NCBI GenBank assembly: GCA_964429795.1
Contig: CAYSCW010000003.1
Span: forward strand, 67,061-131,060
DNA length: 64,000 bases
Reading direction: 5' to 3'
Origin: an uncultured Eubacteriales bacterium
GTDB lineage: Bacteria; Acidobacteriota; Aminicenantia; Aminicenantales; Aminicenantaceae
The position numbers and the translations under genes were made by a program. The notes under the pieces were generated by a model. The model ran no database searches. It was given only the letters and a program-made list of their open reading frames with translations, and was not told the DNA's origin. Below are positions 29,236 through 39,200 of the stretch, in pieces (position 1 is the stretch's first letter; each line of letters begins with the position of its first letter).

Positions 29236-30405
29236 TTAGCTAGACAAATATTGGAAGAGCTTTTGGTACTTTTCCATCACTCGCGGCCAAGAATAGTGCT
29301 CTTGAACATATCTTAATCCATTCTTCCCCATGGCTCTTCTCAATCTGGAATCTTGAAGCAGAAGGTTAAGACTCTCTTCGAATTCTTCACAGGAGGAATA
29401 GTACAGGCCGCTTCTTCCTTGGATGGCATGGCTTCGGAGAGCCTCTGTTGCCTCTTGGACTAGAATGGGCGTCTCAACCATCATCGACTCCAGAGCGGCC
29501 ATGCACAGACTTTCAAATCGAGACGGATGGACTGTGGCCAAGGCGGAGGCCATGGCCACATTCTTTTCTTCAGAAGGAATAAATCCAAGGTATCTGATCT
29601 TGGAATGCTGTGGCAAATCCATCAACAGCTTTCCGATCAGAACAAGGCTTACCTCAGGATGGGAGCGATTGTAAGCAAGAAAACAATCGATCAGATCCTG
29701 ACATCCTTTACCCGGTTCTATCCGGCCCGCATAAAGAATGTAAGGAGGCCACACATTATACCTGAAAAAGAAAGATGAACTGTCTTTGACTTCAGGCACA
29801 TCCACACCCACACCCGCTATATCCTGGTACTTGCCCTCGAAGGAAAAAAGGCGTGCAAGCAAATCTCTTTCAGAAGCGGTGTTGAAGATGAAGGCATCTG
29901 GGATGGAGAAAACTTCCTTCATGATATCAAGATACAAGGGAGGCTCATCATGCGCGGTGGGCACCAGCACTTTTCTGCCTTCAGTCCTTTTCAAGCCCCA
30001 GTAGGTGTTGTAATAGAGATAGGTGAAAAAGATGAGGAAGTCATAAGAAAAAGATTCTTTCTCCAAAGCCTTGATGAGAGCTGGTGAGTAGGGCCCTTGC
30101 CTTTCCAGCCAATTCAACTCATCCTGGTGGCTGTGGTCTTGGGAGAAAACCTGCTCAGAAAATCTGTTGAATGAAACGATGTCCCGCTCTCTGTCCACAG
30201 GAAAACGCTTGATAACCACTCCCTTAAGAAGGACTTCTCCAGGGGAATACACATTCTTCCAGCTGATATAATCCTGGGCGCATGTGGTGTAGACCACACA
30301 ATCATGACCTGAATCGGCTAATCTTTCAGCCAGCTGGCGGCAATGAAGTTCCGAGCCACCCATCACCTCTTTTCCGTATCTCTGGATGGCAAAGGCAATC
30401 TTCAT
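29236..30405 (-). CDS. GT4 glycosyltransferase, type A paralog
   Basis: [23 protein letters not shown] and [15 protein letters not shown] motifs. Confidence 0.9.
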   Translation of the reverse strand: MKIAFAIQRYGKEVMGGSELHCRQLAERLADSGHDCVVYTTCAQDYISWKNVYSPGEVLLKGVVIKRFPVDRERDIVSFNRFSEQVFSQDHSHQDELNWLERQGPYSPALIKALEKESFSYDFLIFFTYLYYNTYWGLKRTEGRKVLVPTAHDEPPLYLDIMKEVFSIPDAFIFNTASERDLLARLFSFEGKYQDIAGVGVDVPEVKDSSSFFFRYNVWPPYILYAGRIEPGKGCQDLIDCFLAYNRSHPEVSLVLIGKLLMDLPQHSKIRYLGFIPSEEKNVAMASALATVHPSRFESLCMAALESMMVETPILVQEATEALRSHAIQGRSGLYYSSCEEFEESLNLLLQDSRLRRAMGKNGLRYVQEHYSWPRVMEKYQKLFQYLSS

Positions 30406-30411
30406 CTTCCT

Positions 30412-31479
30412 TCACTCCAAGAGGTCCATCAGCTTCTTCTTCAGAACCTCTTCCAGTTTTAACTCCTTGAATCTTTGCAATCTCTGCCGCTGACCCTGGA
30501 TGAGCTTTTCCCTTAATTTTCTATGGTGAGCCACCATATCCACAAGCTCGGCCACGTACTCCACTCTTTTGCTTTTAAGCAGAACACCCGCATCCCCCAG
30601 AGTGAAAGGCACCGCACAACACTCATAGGCGATCACAGGAAGGTCAAAAATCAGGCATTCAATGAAGGGCAAACCGAAGCCCTCGTGTTCACTCATGGAG
30701 AGAAAAACATCGGAGGCCTTGTAGAGAGCAAACATCTCCTCATCAGGAATGTGTCCGGTAAAGCAGATCTCCTCCGGCTTCAGATAGAACTCATCGGCCA
30801 AGCGAACGAGGCTTTCATAATATTTGGGAATAGTTGATGTCTTTCCCACCACGATCAACCTGACTAAGGGGGAGACATATTTCTTGAAATAAAAGGTCAC
30901 TCGAATCAGGTCTTCTACCTTCTTGTTAGGAGCAATCCGCCCCACAAAAAGAATATTGGTGCGGTCATCGCGGAAGAGATCATACAGAAACTGGCTGGGT
31001 GGTTTCTGGTATTTCTCAAAATCCAAAAAAAGAGGAAAGACCTCGGCTCTTTTGAAGCCGAGCTTGAGTATCTCTTGCTGGTTATACTCTGAGTCGGCCA
31101 AAACCAGGGAAACATGTGGAATCAAAGACTCCAGCTCCTCTCTGCCCCGGCGTGAAATTCTCGCCAGTTCCTGACTGAAATCCAGGAAAAAATCCTGAGG
31201 AGTGATGTTATGATAGATCATGACTTTTTTACTGGGCAGACTCATGAAGGCCTCGGTCAGCGGTGACGGCAAGGCAAAGTGAAGGATGGTGATATCAGAA
31301 GAAGAGGGCTTGGAAAAAGCTTCAAATAACTCACTTTCCTGTTCAAGGCCTTTATCGCGGGAGATACAATAAATCTGGGACTCATATCCCTGGGAGAGGA
31401 AAAAATGTTTCATATGGAAGGACGTGTCTCCGATAGCATCTCCCCGATGAAAGGCGGGCAGGAGCTGGTCTACTCTCAT
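30412..31479 (-). CDS. GT4 glycosyltransferase, type B paralog
   Basis: GDAIGD, YHNITP, FVGRIAPNKK and SEHEGFGLP..E motifs. Confidence 0.9.
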   Translation of the reverse strand: MRVDQLLPAFHRGDAIGDTSFHMKHFFLSQGYESQIYCISRDKGLEQESELFEAFSKPSSSDITILHFALPSPLTEAFMSLPSKKVMIYHNITPQDFFLDFSQELARISRRGREELESLIPHVSLVLADSEYNQQEILKLGFKRAEVFPLFLDFEKYQKPPSQFLYDLFRDDRTNILFVGRIAPNKKVEDLIRVTFYFKKYVSPLVRLIVVGKTSTIPKYYESLVRLADEFYLKPEEICFTGHIPDEEMFALYKASDVFLSMSEHEGFGLPFIECLIFDLPVIAYECCAVPFTLGDAGVLLKSKRVEYVAELVDMVAHHRKLREKLIQGQRQRLQRFKELKLEEVLKKKLMDLLE

Positions 31480-32543
31480 TTTTTGCTCACCTTTTCCACA
31501 TGCCGCAGCAAAATCTTCCTGACATTTTCCTTTCTGTACCTCTCTAAGGCCTTCAACTGGGAATCAATCAATCTCTTTTTTAAACCATTCTCCTTGATGA
31601 TTCTATCCAGAAGAGATGCTGTTCCCAGGAAATTCTTTTTAAAGAGAAGAAGCCCTCCTCCGTTCATGGTCTCTTCCACAGCTCCCGCAGCGTAAGCCAC
31701 CACAGGGACCTTCATGTAGAAAGATTCCACGAGCGGCACGCCAAAGCCCTCGTGCTCACTGAAGCTTAAATAGATGTCTGCTAATCTGTAAAAAGCAATC
31801 AATTCGGAAAATTCCACATGCCCGGTGAAGTGAACATCTCTCAGACCAAGCCTTGAGAGCAAATCCTGAAGCGCTCCATAATACCTCTCCAATCCTCTGT
31901 AATCACCCACCAACACCAGCTGTGATTGAGAGCTGAAATATTTTTTGTAGAAAAAGAAGGTCTTGATCACATCCTCGAACTTTTTATTGGGTATCAAACG
32001 GCCCACATAGAGGATGGTGGTTTTTCCGTTGGAAAAAACGTCCCGTGTTACCGGATCCCCTTCCTGATCAAACTTTGAAAAATCGAGAAGCAGAGGAAGA
32101 ATACCGGTCTCAGAATAGCCCACATCTTCAAGCTCTCTGCGGTTGTATTCGGAGTCTCCAAGAGCCATATCCACCTTGTCCACAAAGAGCCTGATTTCCA
32201 GGCGTCCTTTGTAACACTCTCTGGCCAGAATCCGGTGGTAACCGACGAAGAAGTCATGGGGAGTGATGTTGTGGTAGATCATGATTTTCTTATCCGGGAT
32301 GCGGAAGAACATCTTGGAGAGAGGAGACCCGATGGAAAAATGAAAGATAACTACGTTCTTGGGGGAGCTATATCTTCTGTATTCTCTGAAATCTTTCACG
32401 TATCCGGCCATGCGGGGATCGTAGAACCGGACGAATATTTCGGAAGGGAAACCTTCCTCCTTGAGGACTTTCTGAATTTCCAGCATCTCATCTGAGATAG
32501 CATCGCCGTAACTCAGGGATGTGGCAAACTGGTGGACCTCCAC
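31476..32543 (-). CDS. GT4 glycosyltransferase, type B paralog
   Basis: GDAISD, YHNITP, YVGRLIPNKK and SEHEGFGVP..E motifs. Confidence 0.9.
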   Translation of the reverse strand: MEVHQFATSLSYGDAISDEMLEIQKVLKEEGFPSEIFVRFYDPRMAGYVKDFREYRRYSSPKNVVIFHFSIGSPLSKMFFRIPDKKIMIYHNITPHDFFVGYHRILARECYKGRLEIRLFVDKVDMALGDSEYNRRELEDVGYSETGILPLLLDFSKFDQEGDPVTRDVFSNGKTTILYVGRLIPNKKFEDVIKTFFFYKKYFSSQSQLVLVGDYRGLERYYGALQDLLSRLGLRDVHFTGHVEFSELIAFYRLADIYLSFSEHEGFGVPLVESFYMKVPVVAYAAGAVEETMNGGGLLLFKKNFLGTASLLDRIIKENGLKKRLIDSQLKALERYRKENVRKILLRHVEKVSKK

Positions 32544-33718
32544 TATTCCTCCTTCTCCAGCCGTTCAACAAGGGAGAGGTATTTTTGCTCGATGGTCTCC
32601 CAAGTGTAATGATGCATGAAGTATTGGCGTCCGTTTTTCCCCATCGCTCTCCGCAATCGGGGAGAGGAGAGGAGCAAAGTCAAGGCCTCTTCGAATTCCT
32701 CGTAATTCTCATAGAAAAATCCGGCGTTGCTCCTCAGACATTGCCCCTTGAGAACATCGCATCTTCCATTGGCCAAAACAGGCTTTTCTGCGGCCCAGGC
32801 CTCCAGAGTCACCATGGAAAGACTCTCAAAAAAAGATGGCATAACCAGAAGCAATGACCCATCCAGAGCAGAAAATTTCATCTCATCGGATAAAAAGCCC
32901 AGATGGTGAATATCAGGATGGGGAGGGATGTCCAAAATAGTGCTTCCGATCAATACCAGTTTGATCGGCAAGCCTGTCTCTCTCTTAAAGAAGAGAAAAA
33001 AATCGAAGAGCTCGTCACAGCCTTTGTTCTCATCGATTCTTCCGATGTAGATGACATAGTCGCCGTCAATTCTATACTTTTTACGAAACTTTTGACTGGA
33101 AAAATGGGATGGAATCTCTGCTCCCACACCGACCACATCGCCAGGGATATGGTCATTGCAGGAAAGAGCGTTTATCATCTCCCTTTCTTCTTTGGAATTA
33201 TAGACAATTGCCCGGGGCATCCTGAATAAATCCTTGAATATGTTGAGTTGAATCACGGGATCCTTCTCAGCGGTAGGAACCAGAATGCCTTTCTGGGGAA
33301 CAGCATGGATTCCCCAGTAGGAATGGTAATAACGGTAGCTGAAGAAAACAAAGTAATCGTAATCATCCTGATGGTCTTTTATGTATTGGATAAGGGGAGG
33401 AGAGGAAGGGCCTTCTTCTTCCAGCCACCTCAATTCGTCTTCTATCCTGTGTTCGTTCTCTACAATAAATTTTTGGATTCGTCCGAACTTAACCGGATCC
33501 CTGGTTTTGGACACAGAAAACCTTCTCACCGGAATCCCGTTGATGACCTCCAGCCCCTTGGGGTAGTGATTCTTCCAGGTGATGTAGTCAAAAGCCCTGG
33601 TGGTCAAAGCCTCGACTTCCCAGTGTTTCCTCATGTGTTCAGCAACCCAGCGACAGTGGAGCTCTGCCCCGCCGCTGATCTCCATTCCATATCTCTGGCA
33701 GACAAAGGCGACTTTCAT
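32543..33718 (-). CDS. GT4 glycosyltransferase, type A paralog
   Basis: QRYG.E..GGAELHCR, YIGRIDENKG and PSFFESLSMVTLEAW motifs. Confidence 0.9.
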   Translation of the reverse strand: MKVAFVCQRYGMEISGGAELHCRWVAEHMRKHWEVEALTTRAFDYITWKNHYPKGLEVINGIPVRRFSVSKTRDPVKFGRIQKFIVENEHRIEDELRWLEEEGPSSPPLIQYIKDHQDDYDYFVFFSYRYYHSYWGIHAVPQKGILVPTAEKDPVIQLNIFKDLFRMPRAIVYNSKEEREMINALSCNDHIPGDVVGVGAEIPSHFSSQKFRKKYRIDGDYVIYIGRIDENKGCDELFDFFLFFKRETGLPIKLVLIGSTILDIPPHPDIHHLGFLSDEMKFSALDGSLLLVMPSFFESLSMVTLEAWAAEKPVLANGRCDVLKGQCLRSNAGFFYENYEEFEEALTLLLSSPRLRRAMGKNGRQYFMHHYTWETIEQKYLSLVERLEKEE

Positions 33719-34269
33719 TTGAGGATCTGTTTCTCCACAGCTCTTTCCCTCTTGCCCAGAAACTCAAAATCTTTTTCCATGATGCGCGTTTTTAGCCTCA
33801 AGTTCTCCTCTTCGATCTTCAACTTGGTAAGCTCAACCACAATGTTATGAGAAAGGCTATGAAGGAGTTTTGTGTACTCCATCGCTCTTTTTAGTCTCTG
33901 GTCTACCTCATCAATCGAAGCCGACAAAAAATCCAACCGTCTGTTTGTCTGATCAAGGATCAACACGGTTTCCCTGAATTGGGCATAAACGGGAAAAATG
34001 AGCAATTTGATGAGCGGAGAGAACGGCTTGGTGAGTTTTAGAAGAATTCGCTTCATCTTGGCCTTTATTCCTGAGGTTTCGTATTGTTCCAGAACAGAAG
34101 GACTGGTTTTGGCTGGGGAATATTCTCTCCGGAATTCCTTCCGAGCCCCCTTTGGCCTCTGAGCTATTTTCTTCTTGATCTGGTCCATGATATTCGCCAC
34201 ATCGATGTTTTCATAATCAATCTTTATCTCTCCCTCTTTGTATTTTCTCCCTTTTTCTTCCTTATTCAT
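33715..34269 (-). CDS. Hypothetical coiled-coil protein of the GT operon
   Basis: 184-aa ORF overlapping the next GT start; IDVANIMDQIKKKI and a heptad-like C-terminus. Confidence 0.75.
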   Translation of the reverse strand: MNKEEKGRKYKEGEIKIDYENIDVANIMDQIKKKIAQRPKGARKEFRREYSPAKTSPSVLEQYETSGIKAKMKRILLKLTKPFSPLIKLLIFPVYAQFRETVLILDQTNRRLDFLSASIDEVDQRLKRAMEYTKLLHSLSHNIVVELTKLKIEEENLRLKTRIMEKDFEFLGKRERAVEKQILK

Positions 34270-34298
34270 GGTTATCCCTCCAGGAATGGCGAGCTTTT

Positions 34299-34508
34299 TT
34301 ATTTATTCTTGAAGAGGAAATTCTCATAGATGCTCTGCACATCCTGAATATCAGGAAGAGCACGGAGTTTCATCTCCTTGATTTCTCTGATTTCCCGCTC
34401 TGTCAAGAGTCCTTCCCTCTTCTTGTCGTCTATCTTCTTCTTAATCTCCTCCAAAATCCTCTTCTTTTCTTTTTCATCCAAGCATTTTATTTCAAAGAAA
34501 TCAGTCAT
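34299..34508 (-). CDS. Small highly charged hypothetical protein
   Basis: 69-aa ORF with RBS (GGGGGAAAGCA-ATG), first gene of the GT operon. Confidence 0.7.
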   Translation of the reverse strand: MTDFFEIKCLDEKEKKRILEEIKKKIDDKKREGLLTEREIREIKEMKLRALPDIQDVQSIYENFLFKNK

Positions 34509-34591
34509 TGCTTTCCCCCTTGTTTTGTGTCATCGGTAAGCTTTTATCCTGTGATTGCCTTTCCAAGAGAGGCATTTTAATCCATTTGAAG

Positions 34592-34853
34592 GGGGACAGG
34601 CAACTTTTTTCATTAAACATCTCCATTTTCGCCATAGAGGTGAGGACTGGGGGGTCGTCAGCACGCTGATTTTCCCCAGCGAGAAAAATCAGCTCCCGTT
34701 CGGACTTCGCTCTTCTCTCCTACGGAGAGAAACCGTGCCCGCTCAGTCCTCACAGGGGCTTCCTCACCCCCCAGCCCTCACCGTTTTCACACATTCAATT
34801 ATATCTGTACTGATCATCCTTCTGGAAATGCTTGATAAAAGCAGCCTGTCCCC
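34592..34853. repeat. Nested palindromic MITE/REP-like element, copy 2 of the dispersed family
   Basis: Inner inverted repeats 34639-34655 / 34766-34782 (16/17). Outer GGGGACAGGC / GCCTGTCCCC at 34592-34601 / 34844-34853. Internal hairpin GCTGATTTT...AAAATCAGC. Confidence 0.7.
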
Positions 34854-34920
34854 ATTCTATTTGAAATGATCGTCTGTCTGTGCTAATTAAGTTAGAGTTC
34901 ATATGGATTGAGGAAAAAGG

Positions 34921-35382
34921 ATGAATGAGCTTAAGAAAAAACTGAGAATAGGAGTTATCGGAGGAGCGAATCCTTCTCAAGGATCGTATAACCTTGCCCT
35001 GAAGGTGGGCAGACTGATTGCTGAGAACGATGCCATCCTCATCTGCGGAGGCCTCGGCGGGGTCATGGAAGCTTCATCCCGGGGAGCCAAGGAAGCAGGA
35101 GGCGTGACCGTGGGGATTCTTCCGGGGAACTCAAAGCTTGATGCCAATCCCCATATCGATCTCGCCATCACCACCGGACTGGGCTACGCCAGAAATTCCC
35201 TGGTGGCCATGAACTCAGATGTCATTATTGCCGTGGACGGACAGTACGGAACTTTAACCGAAATCGCCTACGGATTCATCTACGGAAAGAAAGTCATCGG
35301 GCTGGGAACATGGGATATCCGGGGAGTTATCAAAGCGGGCACGGCTGAGGAAGCCGTGAAGCTTGCTTTGGGCAATCCATGA
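34921..35382 (+). CDS. LOG/TIGR00725 family Rossmann-fold protein
   Basis: ICGGLGGVMEA, GILPG, GYARN and GQYGTLTEIA motifs. Confidence 0.88.
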   Translation: MNELKKKLRIGVIGGANPSQGSYNLALKVGRLIAENDAILICGGLGGVMEASSRGAKEAGGVTVGILPGNSKLDANPHIDLAITTGLGYARNSLVAMNSDVIIAVDGQYGTLTEIAYGFIYGKKVIGLGTWDIRGVIKAGTAEEAVKLALGNP

Positions 35383-35506
35383 TTCTTCCCCTCTCCAATT
35401 TTGGAACAAGATGAGGAATCGAGACAAGAAACAAGCCAAAAAAGAAATTTCCAAGACACTGTCTGCGAAGAGGTAAATAGGAGAAAATAGAGGGAGGTAT
35501 TTTAAA

Positions 35507-36238
35507 ATGCCCCAGAACTATAAGCTCGTCTTCAGCTATGACGGAACAGATTTCCACGGCTGGCAACGGCAGCCCCGAAAACGGACTGTTCAAGGCGTGA
35601 TCGAGGATTTGCTGGAGAGAATCGTCCATAAGAGAACACCTGTCACAGGTGCAGGAAGGACAGATGCGGGCGTCCATGCTCAAGGCCAAGTCGCTCACTT
35701 CAAGGTCAAAACCAGTATGAAGGAAGAAGAGCTCTGCCGGGCCCTGAATTCTCTGCTGCCCCCTGATGTGCGGGTTGTTTCTCTGGCGAAAGCCGACCCC
35801 GACTTCCACGCCCGAAAAATGGCTCACTCCAAAATCTATCAATACCGCATATTTAACTCTCCCCGCATCACCCCCTTCCTCATCCGCTATGTCCACCAGT
35901 GGTCCTCTCCCCTTGATATCACTCAGATGAAAAAGGCCGCTTCCCTCTTCATCAGGGAAGCCGACTTTTCTGGCTTTTCATCCAACAGGTTTCTCTATCC
36001 AGTAAGGAAGGTCCTCTCTTCTGATATAACAAAAAAGAGTCATGAAATCACCTACACCGTGGAGGCCAATGGATTCTTAAGATACATGGTCAGGACCATG
36101 GTGGGGACTCTGCTGGAAATAGGCAGAGGAAAATTCCCTCCTTCGATCATCGATGAAATCTTCGAAGAGAAGCAGCGTTCCCTGGCCGGTCCTACAGCCC
36201 CAGCCAAGGGACTATGCCTGATGAAGGTGATCTACTGA
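35507..36238 (+). CDS. truA: tRNA pseudouridine(38-40) synthase
   Basis: YDGTDFHGWQ, GAGRTDAGVHA, FLRYMVR and APAKGL motifs. Confidence 0.96.
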   Translation: MPQNYKLVFSYDGTDFHGWQRQPRKRTVQGVIEDLLERIVHKRTPVTGAGRTDAGVHAQGQVAHFKVKTSMKEEELCRALNSLLPPDVRVVSLAKADPDFHARKMAHSKIYQYRIFNSPRITPFLIRYVHQWSSPLDITQMKKAASLFIREADFSGFSSNRFLYPVRKVLSSDITKKSHEITYTVEANGFLRYMVRTMVGTLLEIGRGKFPPSIIDEIFEEKQRSLAGPTAPAKGLCLMKVIY

Positions 36239-36666
36239 ACAAGGCGCCTTCCCATGATGATGGCGTGTTCCTCGGGATTCCGGTAATAGTCCTTCCTTAT
36301 GCCCACTATTTCAAAATCCAATTTTCTGTACAGGTTCAGAGCTGCCGTGTTGGAAGGTCTAACCTCTAAAAAAATGAATTTTGTTCTGTTTTTTCTCAAT
36401 TGAGACAGCAGTTGTCTCAACACCGTCTCTCCGATACCCATTCTTCTGTAATCTGGGTGGATGGCGATATTACTGATCTGAACCTCCTTATTCAGGGTCC
36501 AGTAAATGAAATAGCCGATAATCCTCTTCTCGATGCTGTGAATAATGACATAAGGATGAGAGACCGGATAGTTGTGGATCTCACCAAGAAAGGCGGATTC
36601 ATGCCAGGGATTGGTGAATGAGACCCTCTCGATTGCCCACACTTCAGGCACATCGTCATCCATCAT
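36232..36666 (-). CDS. rimI: Ribosomal-protein-alanine N-acetyltransferase
   Basis: NIAIHPDYRRMGIG, LEVRPSN and RKDYY motifs; follows tsaB. Confidence 0.93.
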   Translation of the reverse strand: MMDDDVPEVWAIERVSFTNPWHESAFLGEIHNYPVSHPYVIIHSIEKRIIGYFIYWTLNKEVQISNIAIHPDYRRMGIGETVLRQLLSQLRKNRTKFIFLEVRPSNTAALNLYRKLDFEIVGIRKDYYRNPEEHAIIMGRRLVQ

Positions 36667-36706
36667 CTTCCTGAAATAAAAGAAGTTCTGTGGAAATTTT
36701 TCTCCC

Positions 36707-37387
36707 TTAATCTTTCTCCTCCGCCTGCGACTTCCTAAAATAGAGAGGCCGGACCTGGCGAAAATCTTTGCCTTTGTTATCCCTCAGCATCTGGTATCCC
36801 AATAGCCCAATCTCATGGGCGATAAAAAGGGAACGCGAAGATAGTCGCGCTTTATCCTTGAAATATTGAAAAATTTTCTCTTTGTAAACATCGACTCCGC
36901 TCCCGATAAAATGAATGACTCGGTGCGAAGGAAGAAGAGAGAAGAAACGGTCAGGGGAATAGGCTCCCTGAGGAACAATCTCATTCAGCTTTTTTCCCCT
37001 TGATTCGAAAAGACCTGCATAGATTTCTCCTTTCTTCGCATCCAGGAGCGGGGAAAGGAGGCGCTTTTGAGGGTCCTTCAGTTTGAGAGCCAATGCCTCC
37101 AGGGTAGATACCGGAGCAATCGGTTTTCCCGAAGCCCAGCCAAATGATTTGATCGTGCTCAAACCGATCCGAATCCCTGTAAAAGAGCCCGGCCCGACAG
37201 AAAGGGCATAGCCATCGACATCCTGGATATCAAGGCTGTTGCTCTCCAGGATAAAATCAATAGCAGGAAGGAGCTTCTCTGAATGGGTCATGGGAGATTC
37301 CAGGTTAACCTCAGCCAGAAGCGTTGTCTTTCTCAACAGGGCCACAGAGCCCGAGAACGTGGTTGTATCCACGGCCAGGATAAGCAT
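36707..37387 (-). CDS. tsaB: tRNA threonylcarbamoyladenosine protein TsaB
   Basis: LAVDTT, HSEKLLP, GPGSFTGIRIG, DAKKGEIY and PLYFRKSQAE motifs. Confidence 0.94.
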   Translation of the reverse strand: MLILAVDTTTFSGSVALLRKTTLLAEVNLESPMTHSEKLLPAIDFILESNSLDIQDVDGYALSVGPGSFTGIRIGLSTIKSFGWASGKPIAPVSTLEALALKLKDPQKRLLSPLLDAKKGEIYAGLFESRGKKLNEIVPQGAYSPDRFFSLLPSHRVIHFIGSGVDVYKEKIFQYFKDKARLSSRSLFIAHEIGLLGYQMLRDNKGKDFRQVRPLYFRKSQAEEKD

Positions 37388-37397
37388 AAATGATTAC

Positions 37398-37937
37398 CTA
37401 TTTGATGGTTTTCCCATAGTCGAAAAGACCTCCAGCCATAAAAATATCACATTGAACCTGACTCATGGGATTAAATTGAAAGATGATATTTTTGGTGATG
37501 TTTCTTCCCGAACTTTTTCGAAAGTCGATTTCAACCAGGTCTCCTGTCTCCAAGCCCTTCTGAGCCACTAACTCTTCAAGCTGGGGACCCCTCAGGAGAG
37601 GGAAACCCGAATTGATTGCATTCCGGAAGTAGATGGCCCCGAAGGAAGGCGCAAGAATGCATCTGATTTTCAATGAAATGAAGCAATCCACAGCCTGTTG
37701 ACGAGATGAGCCTGCCCCAAAATTTCTTCCGGCAACGATGATGTCTCCGGACCTGGCTTTTTGGGCGAAATCCTTCCATCCTTCCAGATTTCCCATGGCA
37801 TATTGTCCCATCTCGGAAAGCTCAGTGATATGAAGAAAGGCGTTGTGATAGATCTGGTCGGTATCGATGTCCGCGATCAATTTTCCCTCTTCGTCCAAAA
37901 TAACCCAGATCCTTCCTTGATGAATCGTGCTTTTCAT
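37398..37937 (-). CDS. Aconitase-family small subunit (LeuD-like), second copy
   Basis: DIDTDQI, GRNFGAGSSRQQA and SFGAIYFRNAINSG motifs. ATG at 37937 directly after the large-subunit stop. Confidence 0.9.
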   Translation of the reverse strand: MKSTIHQGRIWVILDEEGKLIADIDTDQIYHNAFLHITELSEMGQYAMGNLEGWKDFAQKARSGDIIVAGRNFGAGSSRQQAVDCFISLKIRCILAPSFGAIYFRNAINSGFPLLRGPQLEELVAQKGLETGDLVEIDFRKSSGRNITKNIIFQFNPMSQVQCDIFMAGGLFDYGKTIK

Positions 37938-37938
37938 C

Positions 37939-39189
37939 CTAGAGGTCCTCCGGGCTGGCAATCTGACCGGCCGCACAAGAAGCGGCCACAACCGCTGGAC
38001 TGGCCAAGTATGTTTTTCCCTTACCCTGTTTGCCGACAAAATTACGGTTTCCGGTGCTGATCTGAACCTCCCCCTCTCCAGTTAACCCGACCATCCCCTC
38101 CGCACAACCGCCGCAACCAGGGCTGGAGATGATGGCGCCGCTTCGAAACAGGCCTTCGATGATACCTTTTTCGAGAAGCTCTGTGTAGACGCGTTTTGTG
38201 GCAGGAACGATTTTAAGCATGATATCTTCTTTCACTTTCCTCCCCTTTAAAATACGGTAAGCTTCCTCAAAATCTTCTGTGCGTCCGTTGGTGCAGGAGC
38301 CGATGAACCCGGAATCAATTCTGACCCCTCGAAGTTCGGAGACAGAAAAGACATTTGTGGGAGAGAAAGGGGCAGCTACCTGGGGAGGAAGTCCATCCAG
38401 GTCGATCTCAATTTCATCCGTGTAAACACAATCTTTATCTGGCTTGAGAGGCGAAAATTTTGACCCTGAAAAATGTCCGATTTCCTCCACCAGCGATCTT
38501 TTAAATTCAGGGACAAATCCGATGATTCCGGCCATCTCGGTGACCATGCTGCACAGGGTGATCCGGCCGGAAAGAGAAAGGCGTTCTGCTGGCTGTCCGT
38601 AAAATTCGACGGCTTTCAAGGCGACCTTTTCGGTCCCCAGTTTTTTCAGGAGGAAAAGGGTTAAATCCTTGGCCGATGAAGGCCAGGAATACTCTCCTCT
38701 AAGGAGAATCCTGACGGTCTCCGGGATCTCAAACCAGGTCTTTCCGGTCTTAAAGGCGAAGGAGATATCCACATCTCCCATGCCCTGCCCAAAGCAGCCT
38801 ATGGCACCAAGGATGTTCATATGGCTATCTGTTCCCACAACCGTGGAGTTGGATTCAGCCAAATCCTCTTCCATCAAAACATGAGAGCCGATACCTCTGT
38901 CCACATCAAAGACTCTTATATTCTGTTTGCGGGCAAAGATACGGCATATCTGCTGGTTGTCGGCGTACTTGAGGGAGCTAGCTGGGGCACAAAGGTCAAA
39001 AGTAAAGAAAGTTCTATCGGGATCAGCCACTGGCTCATCTCCGTATTCCCTCTTATAATTCTTAACCACATTGGGACCCCCAAAATCCCGAGCTGACCGG
39101 ATGTCGAGATTCATCCAGACAATTTTCCCAGGCTTCACCTCTTCCTTGGTGTGGGACTGGATGATCTTCTCGATGACGGTTTTTCCCAT
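37939..39189 (-). CDS. Aconitase-family large subunit (LeuC-like), divergent second copy
   Basis: GTDSH, GSCTNGR, CGGC and STGNRNF motifs. The DH motif is replaced by DL. Confidence 0.9.
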   Translation of the reverse strand: MGKTVIEKIIQSHTKEEVKPGKIVWMNLDIRSARDFGGPNVVKNYKREYGDEPVADPDRTFFTFDLCAPASSLKYADNQQICRIFARKQNIRVFDVDRGIGSHVLMEEDLAESNSTVVGTDSHMNILGAIGCFGQGMGDVDISFAFKTGKTWFEIPETVRILLRGEYSWPSSAKDLTLFLLKKLGTEKVALKAVEFYGQPAERLSLSGRITLCSMVTEMAGIIGFVPEFKRSLVEEIGHFSGSKFSPLKPDKDCVYTDEIEIDLDGLPPQVAAPFSPTNVFSVSELRGVRIDSGFIGSCTNGRTEDFEEAYRILKGRKVKEDIMLKIVPATKRVYTELLEKGIIEGLFRSGAIISSPGCGGCAEGMVGLTGEGEVQISTGNRNFVGKQGKGKTYLASPAVVAASCAAGQIASPEDL

Positions 39190-39200
39190 GGTCTTATTTT

